From: Lentisphaeria bacterium
Lineage (GTDB): Bacteria > Verrucomicrobiota > Lentisphaeria > Victivallales > Victivallaceae
Reading direction: 5' to 3'
NCBI GenBank assembly: GCA_017454215.1
Contig: JAFTDL010000352.1
Coordinates: 1 to 45,789 of the forward strand
Length of the DNA: 45,789 nucleotides
The notes beneath the pieces were generated by a model. It was not told the DNA's origin. It was given only the letters and a program-made list of their open reading frames with translations, and did no database searches. Below, in pieces: positions 25,910 through 33,282 of the stretch. Numbering within the stretch: the first letter of the stretch is position 1; every line of letters starts with the position of its first letter. Made by a program: the position numbers and the translations under genes.

Positions 25910-27624
25910 CCGAGATCATCATCCGCCGGACCGGGAAAAATCCCGTGCGGGCCAGCCTTCCCGACGGAGCCTATCTCATCGGCGCCGGGAAAAACTGCCA
26001 CATCCCTCTCGATTCGCCGGATGTTTCCGGCCGCCACGCCCAGCTGATCGTGTCGGACAACGCCATCACCGTCATGGACCTGGGCAGCAGCAACGGCACC
26101 TATGTCAACGGCAGCGCGGAACCGCTTTTCGCCAATCAGATGACGCCCCTCGCTCCGGGAAGCGTCCTCCGGCTGGGCAAAAACGTGGAGATCACCATAG
26201 GGCGCGCACCCGCCGCGGACGCGTCCGCACGGGAGTCCCGGCCGCAAAAGGACGCGCCGCGTCCGCCGGAGACGGACGATTTTCTTGCCCCCGACAGGGG
26301 CGAGATCCCGGTCCTCACCGTCTCCGGCGTGCCGCCGCGGCTGCGGCCCCTCGTTCAGGAGATCAAGCGCCAGGCTCACAAGGAACTGCTCAAGCGCATG
26401 AATCTCAAGAAGATGGCTCTGTCGGGAATTTCCGAAAGCGAATTGGCCGATCAGGCCAAGCGCATGATCCGCGAGATCCTCTCGGTGCTCAACGTCAAAC
26501 TGCCAGAAGGACTTTCCGTCGAAGTCATCGAAAAGGAGCTCATCCAGGAAGCTATCGGCCTCGGGCCGCTGGAGTACCTCATTGCCCGGGACGATATCAG
26601 CGAGATCATGGTCAACGGTCCCAATCAGGTCTATGTGGAGCACAAGGGCATGCTCTACCGCACCGACGCCGCCTTTGCCGACGACAATCAGGTGCTGGCC
26701 TCGATCGAGCGCATCGTGGCCCCTCTGGGCCGGCGCATCGACGAAAGTTCCCCCATGGTGGACGCCCGTCTGGCCGACGGCAGCCGCGTCAACGCCATCA
26801 TTCCGCCGCTGTCGCTGGTGGGGCCGACGATCACCATCCGCAAATTCACCCGAACGCCCCTGCAGGCCCGCGATCTGGTCAATTTCGGCTCCATCAGTCC
26901 CGAGATGGTGAAGTTTCTCGCCGTCTGCGTGGCGGTACGGAAGAACATCATCATCTCGGGCGGAACGGGCTCCGGCAAAACGACACTGCTCAATGTGCTG
27001 AGCAGTTTTCTGCCCAACCGCGAGCGCATCGTCACCATCGAGGACGCCGCGGAACTTCAGCTCCATCAGGAGCATATCGTGCGTCTCGAAGCCCGTCCGC
27101 CCAACATCGAAGGCCGGGGAGAGGTGACGATCCGCGACCTCGTCCGGAACTCTCTGCGCATGCGGCCGGACCGCATCGTCGTCGGCGAGTGCCGCGGCGG
27201 CGAAGCGCTGGACATGCTTCAGGCCATGAACACCGGTCACGACGGCAGTCTGACCACGATCCACGCCAACTCGCCCCGGGATGCCCTGGCCCGTCTGGAG
27301 ACTCTCGTTCTCATGTCCGGATTCGATCTGCCTCTGCGCGCCATCCGCGAACAGGTGGCTTCGGCCATCAACATCATCGTGCAGATCACCCGCGAGCGCG
27401 ACGGCAGCCGCAAGGTGGTCAACATCAGCGAGATCGTCAAGATGGAGGGCGACATCATCACCATGCAGGACATCTTCGTCTTCCGTCAGACCGGCTGGGA
27501 CGCCCGGAACCGCATCACCGGCGTCTTCGAGCCCACGGGGAGCATTCCCAGCTTCATGGAGGACATCCGCCGCGCCAAGCTCGATCTGGACGTCTCCCTC
27601 TTCTCCCCCCGAAAACAGTCCTGA
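25906..27624 (+). CDS. cpaF: FHA-domain-fused CpaF/TadA-type ATPase
   Basis: GTG 25906 overlaps the cpaB stop (GTGA), with CAGGAGG upstream. It is the last 572 codons of ORF 25006..27624. FHA motifs: [40 protein letters not shown] Pro/Asp-rich linker follows. CpaF core: ISEIMVNG, Walker [10 protein letters not shown] (26959-26982), [36 protein letters not shown]. Confidence 0.9.
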   Translation: MTEIIIRRTGKNPVRASLPDGAYLIGAGKNCHIPLDSPDVSGRHAQLIVSDNAITVMDLGSSNGTYVNGSAEPLFANQMTPLAPGSVLRLGKNVEITIGRAPAADASARESRPQKDAPRPPETDDFLAPDRGEIPVLTVSGVPPRLRPLVQEIKRQAHKELLKRMNLKKMALSGISESELADQAKRMIREILSVLNVKLPEGLSVEVIEKELIQEAIGLGPLEYLIARDDISEIMVNGPNQVYVEHKGMLYRTDAAFADDNQVLASIERIVAPLGRRIDESSPMVDARLADGSRVNAIIPPLSLVGPTITIRKFTRTPLQARDLVNFGSISPEMVKFLAVCVAVRKNIIISGGTGSGKTTLLNVLSSFLPNRERIVTIEDAAELQLHQEHIVRLEARPPNIEGRGEVTIRDLVRNSLRMRPDRIVVGECRGGEALDMLQAMNTGHDGSLTTIHANSPRDALARLETLVLMSGFDLPLRAIREQVASAINIIVQITRERDGSRKVVNISEIVKMEGDIITMQDIFVFRQTGWDARNRITGVFEPTGSIPSFMEDIRRAKLDLDVSLFSPRKQS

Positions 27625-27648
27625 CGGACCGCGGAACGCTCCGTTTTT
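27624..27648 (+). terminator. Candidate intrinsic terminator of the ATPase operon
   Basis: ACGGA-cc-GCG-gaa-CGC-TCCGT followed by TTTT, immediately after the cpaF stop. A second hairpin ACGGCG...CGCCGT+TTT follows at 27658-27679. Confidence 0.4.
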
Positions 27649-27678
27649 CTGACAGGGACGGCGGTTCCCGCGCCGTTT

Positions 27679-28488
27679 TCAGCGGGTGCGGTCCGTTTCG
27701 CGGAGCAGCCGCGCCGCCGCGGCGAAATTGCGGGTCACGTGCTGCGGGCAGTGGGCGTCCGCGCCGATTATGACGCGAATGTTCCGCGCGCGGGCTTCCC
27801 TGAGGATCTCCGGGGAGGGATAGGGTTCGCGGCACTCCTTGGACCACCCCGCGGTGTTGAGTTCGATGGGGATGTTCCTTGCGGCCGCGGCGTCGAGGAC
27901 GCGCCGGGCGTCCGGCAGATAAGCTCCGGGATCGGGAAGAAAGCCGAATTTTTTCGGCAGATCCAGATGGCCGAGCAGGGAGAAGCGTCCGCATTCCGCC
28001 GCGCCGAGCATTTTGTTCCAGTAGGTTTCGCAGACGGCGCGGATCCCGTCCGCCGAAAGCGCCTTCCAGTCGCCGGCACAGTTGTCGATGGGGAAACGTC
28101 CCGCGTAGTGCACCGAACCGATGAGATAGTCCGGCTGCAGGCGGTCGAGTCCCGCAAGGACCTCTTCGAAGTTCTCGAAGAAGAAATCCACTTCCAGTCC
28201 GGCCAGCAGCGTGAAATTTTCGTCGTTGAAGATGTCCTTGAGCCGCGCCAGTTCCTCCAGGTACGCCGGAAGTTTCCCGGGCGCGATGCTCCACGACACG
28301 GGCATGAGTTCCGGATCCGGATGGACGACCCAGTGGTCGGAGAGGCCGAACACCCGGACGCCCGCCTCTTTCGCGGCCCGGCACATCTCTTCGGCAGTTC
28401 CCGCCCCGTCGCTCCAGACGCTGTGGTTGTGCAGCGAAAGCACCGCTTCCTTTCCGCCGCCGTCGATATATTTTTCGAGAGGCTCCAT
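27679..28488 (-). CDS. PHP-domain phosphoesterase (histidinol-phosphatase HisJ-like)
   Basis: LSLHNHSVWSDG (the HxH metal site of PHP), GLSDHW, GSVHY, LGHLD, IIGADAH. Start set at ATG 28488 (MEPLEKY, GGAAGG Shine-Dalgarno) because a TATAAT box lies inside the longer GTG-initiated ORF that reaches 28536. Confidence 0.8.
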   Translation of the reverse strand: MEPLEKYIDGGGKEAVLSLHNHSVWSDGAGTAEEMCRAAKEAGVRVFGLSDHWVVHPDPELMPVSWSIAPGKLPAYLEELARLKDIFNDENFTLLAGLEVDFFFENFEEVLAGLDRLQPDYLIGSVHYAGRFPIDNCAGDWKALSADGIRAVCETYWNKMLGAAECGRFSLLGHLDLPKKFGFLPDPGAYLPDARRVLDAAAARNIPIELNTAGWSKECREPYPSPEILREARARNIRVIIGADAHCPQHVTRNFAAAARLLRETDRTR

Positions 28489-28527
28489 CCTTCCGTCCTT
28501 CCCCGTTGAGTCCCGTTCATCCGCCAT

Positions 28528-28556
28528 ATTATACACCGTTCAGGCGTTTTTTTCAC
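28528..28556 (-). promoter_or_regulatory. Possible promoter of the PHP gene
   Basis: Minus strand: GTGAAA (28556-28551), 17-nt spacer, TATAAT (28533-28528). The -35 is weak. Confidence 0.35.
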
Positions 28557-28656
28557 CCCCCGGCCGGGAAAAAAGCCGTTTTTTTTGCGTTCGGTATGGC
28601 GAAAAACGGTTTGAGGGGTTATCTTATAGAGCGTGTTAATTTTGAAAGAAGGAAAG

Positions 28657-30369
28657 ATGGGTTCTAAAAACTGGAAGTCGGCCGGGGTTGAAAAGACAGA
28701 CGAGATCAGAAGGATGCAGACCGAACTGGGTCTGCCCCGTTTGACCGCCGTCTATTTCGCCGCCCGGGGAATTGACATCAAGGACATCGGGGATTTTCTC
28801 GCCCCGAAACTGGGCAATCTCAGCGATCCGTACCGTTTCCCGGGGATCCGCGAGGCCTGCGCGCGTCTGTGGCAGGCCATCGACAAACGTGAGCCCATCC
28901 TCATTCACGGCGATTACGACACCGACGGCATCACCGCCAGCGCCCTGCTGGCCTTCGTCCTGCGGCAGAACGGCGGCGTGGTCCACTCCTTCATCCCCCA
29001 CCGTTTCGACGACGGCTACGGCTTCACCCCGGAATCGCTGACCAAAGCTCTCGACGCTTTCGGGCCCTGCGGCGTGCTCGTCACCGTCGACTGCGGCATC
29101 ACCAGCTGTGACGCCGTCAACGTGGCTCTCGAACGCGGCATCGACGTCATCATCACCGACCACCACGAAGCCGGCAGCGAACTGCCCGGCGCTCTGGCCG
29201 TCATCAATCCCAAGGTCTACCCGGAACTCGAGGATCTTCAGGTCCTCTCCGGTGCGGGAATGGCCTTCAAACTTTCTCACGCCTTCATCAAGTACGGCAG
29301 AGAAAACAATCTCGGCGGCTTCCAGACCCGGCTGGAAGAGGTCCTCGACTACGTCGCTCTGGGCACCGTGGCGGACATCGTCCCCCTGCAGGGAGAAAAC
29401 CGCATCATGGTCAAATTCGGCATCGACGCCCTGCGCCGCCAGCTCCGTCCCGGCGTCCGCGCCCTGATCGAAAGCTCGAAACTCCGTTCCGAACTCTCGC
29501 CCTCGGACATCACCTTCCGCATGGCCCCCCGGATCAACGCCGCGGGAAGAGTCGGCGACGCCAACGTGGCGCTGCAGCTTCTCGAGTCCGAACACATCGT
29601 CGACGCCTACAACTGCGCCTCGCAGCTGGAGTCCTTCAACCGCATCCGGCAGGAAAAGGAACAGGAGATCTATCAGGAGGCCTGCGAACAGATCGAACGC
29701 AACCTCGCGTGGCAGAGTCCCTACGCCCTTCTCGTCGCCGGACGCGACTGGCATCAGGGCGTCATCGGCATCGTCGCTTCGCGCCTCGCCCGCGATTACA
29801 ACCGTCCCACCATCGTGCTCACCATTCAGGGCGACGAGGCCTACGGCTCCGGCCGCAGCGTCTCGTGCCTCAATCTGGTGGACGTGCTGAGCAAGTCCGC
29901 GCACCTCCTCGAACGCTACGGCGGACACCCCATGGCCGTGGGCATCGGCCTCAAAGTCGAAAACATCGCCCCCTTCTTCGACGCCATGGACAAGGAGATC
30001 CGGTCCCGCGTCAAAGTGGAGGACCTCGAAAGCTTCATCTCCTACGACGGCGAAGCCGAGATCCACGAACTCTCTCCCGAGTTCTTCGACTACCTCACGA
30101 AACTTTCGCCTTTCGGCCACAGCAATCCGAAACCCGTGTACCGGTTCAACGAACTGCGCGTCGTCCGCTGCTCCCCCGTGGGCGGCGGCGCACATACACG
30201 CGGAACCTTTTCCGGACGCATGGGGCAGATCGACTTCATCGCTTTCAACCACCCCGTCTCACAGTTCCACGATAAACTGCTCGACGTCCTGGCCACTCCC
30301 CAGATCAACCGCCATATGAATCAGGAGACCCCCCAGCTCAACGTCGTGGACATCAAAGACGTCTACTGA
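28657..30369 (+). CDS. recJ: Single-stranded-DNA-specific exonuclease RecJ
   Basis: ATG 28657 (MGSKNWK, GAAGGAAAG Shine-Dalgarno). DHH-family motifs: IHGDYDTDGITASALL, TVDCGITS, IITDHHE, and the DHHA1 motif YGGHPMAVG. Confidence 0.9.
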   Translation: MGSKNWKSAGVEKTDEIRRMQTELGLPRLTAVYFAARGIDIKDIGDFLAPKLGNLSDPYRFPGIREACARLWQAIDKREPILIHGDYDTDGITASALLAFVLRQNGGVVHSFIPHRFDDGYGFTPESLTKALDAFGPCGVLVTVDCGITSCDAVNVALERGIDVIITDHHEAGSELPGALAVINPKVYPELEDLQVLSGAGMAFKLSHAFIKYGRENNLGGFQTRLEEVLDYVALGTVADIVPLQGENRIMVKFGIDALRRQLRPGVRALIESSKLRSELSPSDITFRMAPRINAAGRVGDANVALQLLESEHIVDAYNCASQLESFNRIRQEKEQEIYQEACEQIERNLAWQSPYALLVAGRDWHQGVIGIVASRLARDYNRPTIVLTIQGDEAYGSGRSVSCLNLVDVLSKSAHLLERYGGHPMAVGIGLKVENIAPFFDAMDKEIRSRVKVEDLESFISYDGEAEIHELSPEFFDYLTKLSPFGHSNPKPVYRFNELRVVRCSPVGGGAHTRGTFSGRMGQIDFIAFNHPVSQFHDKLLDVLATPQINRHMNQETPQLNVVDIKDVY

Positions 30370-30398
30370 GCTCCTTGTTTCGAAAGAAGCCTGATCTT

Positions 30399-30429
30399 CG
30401 GGAGAGGGAAACCCTTTTTTTCTCTCCCG
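30399..30429 (+). terminator. Hairpin downstream of recJ (terminator candidate)
   Basis: CGGGAGAGGGAAA-CCC-TTTTTTTCTCTCCCG. The T-tract is part of the descending stem. A related sequence follows the AraC gene at about 38187-38217. Confidence 0.4.
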
Positions 30430-30430
30430 A

Positions 30431-30576
30431 CCCCCAGTCTTTTTCCAAAACGCTCTGTTCCCGATAAAACCGGCGGTTCCGGGGGAGGGAAAGGGGGTTT
30501 GCCGAGGCCGGCGTTTCGGCTTTTCCCGGGGAAAGAGGATCTCCCTTTCCCCGGACCCGCCGGGCTTTATCTCGGG
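30431..30576. repeat. Long imperfect palindromic intergenic repeat, copy A
   Basis: The left arm CCCGATAAAACCGGCGGTTCCGGGGGAGGGAAAGGG (30460-30496) pairs with the right arm CCCTTTCCCCGGACCCGCCGGGCTTTATCTCGGG (30543-30576). The core is CCGAGGCCGGCGTTTCGGC. The right half aligns directly with 41763-41836. The left flank plus left arm aligns with the reverse complement of 41800-41870. Confidence 0.6.
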
Positions 30577-33245
30577 CTCATGACGTCCCGGGGACCGGGA
30601 GCGGTGCAGACTTCGAGCACGAGGGAGTGGTCTCCCGCGGCGAGTTCGACTTCCGTGCGGTACGGGGGGGCGAGCCGTGTCCCGGTCTCCCGGCCGTCGA
30701 TCACGATCCTCACGGACTCGTCGGAGAAGTCGAATTCGAGCGCATACCGGCCGGTTTCGGGCGCGTGGAGTCTGCCCGTGTACCGGGCCATTCCGGAAAA
30801 CGTGCCGTAACCGAGAGACGCGTAATCGCCCGTGCCCCCGACCCGGAACGTTTCCGGCGCCGGGGAGAGCACGACGCCGTCGCGGTCCGGCGGGAACGCG
30901 GTCTTGAAACGTCCCCGCAGGTACGGGGCGTTCTCGAACAATGCGCCGCTGAAAGTGACGGTGTTGACCCCTTTTTTCAGCAGGGCGCTTATGTTGCACT
31001 CCCGTTCGCGGCAGTCGCGGAAGCGGGCCTTTTCGTATCCGGTCAGCGCAGCGCCGTTGATTTCGAAACTTCCCCGGGCCAGAGCCGACTCCTCGGTGGT
31101 GAAGAAAACGGGCTCGAGGCTGTCTTCGACGGTGAACTCGGCGGAGAATTTTCCCGCGGGAAAATTCTCCATGTCGAAGGAGGTTTTTTTCAGCAGATCG
31201 ATCCGCGTCCCCTCCGGGGTCCGCCACAGGTTGAGCGGGACGCAGTTGAGGCCGAAGGCAAGGTCCCACTCGGAAACGGTCAGAGCGGGAATTTTTTCTT
31301 TCGGGCGCAGTTCGTCGGCGAACCCGGCTTCTCCGGGCGCGATCTCAAGGGGACTTCCGTCCAGTGTGCCGCGGAACGTCTCCGGACCGCGGTTGAAGAG
31401 AAAGAGCCGTTCCCGGCCCGCCTTGCGGATCCGTCTTGAAAGGATGTTTCCGCATCCTCTGCCGTCAAGCGGAAGTCCGGGGATCCGTTCGATGCACGCC
31501 GCCGCGGAGCAGGGGGCGGCGAAACGCCATTTTTCCCTCGTTTTCGCGGAAAGTTCCGGAATGATCTCGGGCGTGACGCCGATGATGAAGACTTTTCCTC
31601 CGCGGGCGGCATAACGTTCCAGCCAGTCGGCGGTCGTCCTCCCGATCACGGGGGTGTGGGCCAGCACGAAGTACGGGCGGAGCACGGCAAATGCCGCCGG
31701 ATCCTGTTCGAGAAGCGTTTCTTCGTCGATGAGCTCGAAATCCCGCTGATGCGAAAGCAGTTCCTCCGCGGTCCGGTGCAGTTTTTCGTCGAAGGGCGGC
31801 TCCCCGGGCAGACGGCTCTGCAGGGCGCTTGAGGGATAGAGCATTTCCAAGCCGCACACGTGCTCTCCCGAGAGTTCCTCACAGCGGCGTTTCAGGTGAT
31901 CCAGAAAACTTTTCATGTGGGGCCACTGGGAGTGCTGGTAAAAGAGCGACGGCGGCGCTTCGTCGCGGCGTTCGCCGTCGAGGGTGTAATAGAGGCCGTG
32001 GATATTGAACCAGGTGACGCCCATGACCAGATGATAATTGAGCATGAATTCGAGGTCTCTCAGGCTGACGGCGTCGCCTCCGACGGCGAAGGCGTCGGCT
32101 CCGGAAGCCCGTTTGCCGAAGAGCCGGGCCGCCGAGGTGACGGTCTTTATGCCGATATGGTGAGCCATTGATCCCGGCCGTCCGACGCCCGCGCCCAGGG
32201 GATCGCAGCAGGGAATGTCGAAATGCCTGAAGCAGCGCAGTTCATCGGGCCAGAACAGTCCCGACCACGAGAGATACTCCGAGCGGGTAAGGTGGCCTGT
32301 GCTTGCGATGTTTCTGGCGTTGAGCCACTTTCTGACGGGTTCGAGGTAGTTCCGGCACAGCAGGCGGCGGAGCGTCCGGCGGTAGTCGTTTCTCACTTTG
32401 ACGGAACCGGCGTCCACGTCCAGCGCCAGATGGGGCAGCAGGGGGAGCAGATCATAGCCGTGATCGCGCCGGAACTCTTCCGGCAGGCGGCGGGTCCACG
32501 GATAAACACCGGCGGGGGACGGTTCGTCCATGAAGGAGGCCGCGCAGTGCCGCATCCTGCCGCCGAAGTGCCGTTCATAGCGGGCGTGGACCAGGTCCAG
32601 CAGCACGCGGGTGGTTTCCGGGGCGAGCAGGTCGCTGCTGTGCCGTCCGGGGCCGTTGTAAATCTGTTCCGCGCAGACGATCCTGCAGTCCCTGTCGGGC
32701 GTCCAGGCGAGGGCGAAGCGCGGCGTATCCATGGAGCGCCGCCGGTGGGGCAGGGGCAGTTGTGCGTAAGGAGAGTAGGCCGTGGTCTGGATCCTCGCCG
32801 GGTTCCACTTGCTTCTCAATGTTCCGCAGTGGCCGGAAATGTCGGTGACTTCCCCGTTTCCGGTGACGGCGTAACAGCCGGCGAAGGCGCCGTCGACGGA
32901 AAAATATTCCAGCACGGGAACGTCTTTTTTCGCCTCGATCACGCGGAAATTCAGCTGTGAGGAGGCCAGTTCCGGAAAGGCGTTGCAGATCCTGTTGCCC
33001 GCGTCGCCCGAGGGATAGTTGTCCTCGTCCCAGATGGCGAATTTGACGCCGTGCCGGATCAGTTCGTCCGCCGCCGCGTCGAGCGCGTCGAACCAGTCCT
33101 GCGAAAGATAAGGCGTCTTCAGTCCCGCCCGGGCGTGCAGAAAGATCACTTCGTACCCCGCCCGGCACAGCTCCCCGATCTGTTCGCGGATCTCCTCCTC
33201 ACGCAGATCCGTGTTCAAAAAATACTGTCCCGCAAGATGTTCCAT
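30567..33245 (-). CDS. Cytoplasmic glycoside-hydrolase-like protein (N-terminal TIM-barrel-like region, C-terminal galactose-binding-like domain; 892 aa)
   Basis: No signal peptide (MEHLAGQYFLNTDL). VIFLHARAGLKTPYLSQDWF..FAIWDEDNYPSGDAG resembles GH106-type or related hydrolases from memory. The C-terminus GTFSGMARYTGRLHAPETGRYALEFD...VRIVIDGRETG is like GH2-type sugar-binding beta-sandwiches. The family is unverified. Confidence 0.7.
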   Translation of the reverse strand: MEHLAGQYFLNTDLREEEIREQIGELCRAGYEVIFLHARAGLKTPYLSQDWFDALDAAADELIRHGVKFAIWDEDNYPSGDAGNRICNAFPELASSQLNFRVIEAKKDVPVLEYFSVDGAFAGCYAVTGNGEVTDISGHCGTLRSKWNPARIQTTAYSPYAQLPLPHRRRSMDTPRFALAWTPDRDCRIVCAEQIYNGPGRHSSDLLAPETTRVLLDLVHARYERHFGGRMRHCAASFMDEPSPAGVYPWTRRLPEEFRRDHGYDLLPLLPHLALDVDAGSVKVRNDYRRTLRRLLCRNYLEPVRKWLNARNIASTGHLTRSEYLSWSGLFWPDELRCFRHFDIPCCDPLGAGVGRPGSMAHHIGIKTVTSAARLFGKRASGADAFAVGGDAVSLRDLEFMLNYHLVMGVTWFNIHGLYYTLDGERRDEAPPSLFYQHSQWPHMKSFLDHLKRRCEELSGEHVCGLEMLYPSSALQSRLPGEPPFDEKLHRTAEELLSHQRDFELIDEETLLEQDPAAFAVLRPYFVLAHTPVIGRTTADWLERYAARGGKVFIIGVTPEIIPELSAKTREKWRFAAPCSAAACIERIPGLPLDGRGCGNILSRRIRKAGRERLFLFNRGPETFRGTLDGSPLEIAPGEAGFADELRPKEKIPALTVSEWDLAFGLNCVPLNLWRTPEGTRIDLLKKTSFDMENFPAGKFSAEFTVEDSLEPVFFTTEESALARGSFEINGAALTGYEKARFRDCRERECNISALLKKGVNTVTFSGALFENAPYLRGRFKTAFPPDRDGVVLSPAPETFRVGGTGDYASLGYGTFSGMARYTGRLHAPETGRYALEFDFSDESVRIVIDGRETGTRLAPPYRTEVELAAGDHSLVLEVCTAPGPRDVMSPR

Positions 33246-33282
33246 GTTTACATCCGGTCCCCGGTGTTGTTTCCGCGTCCCG

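Noticed and set aside
19699-27624. Interpreting the ATPase cluster as a complete T2SS, type IV pilus or Tad locus.
   Set aside because: No platform protein, secretin, prepilin peptidase, alignment-complex protein or pilin gene is present in or next to the operon. I therefore report it as an atypical motor-only operon.
25864-30252. Minus-strand ORFs 25864..27264 (466 aa) and 28636..30252 (538 aa).
   Set aside because: They are antisense to cpaF and recJ respectively, both of which carry diagnostic motifs. The antisense products are Asp/Gly/Val/Ala-rich shadow ORFs.
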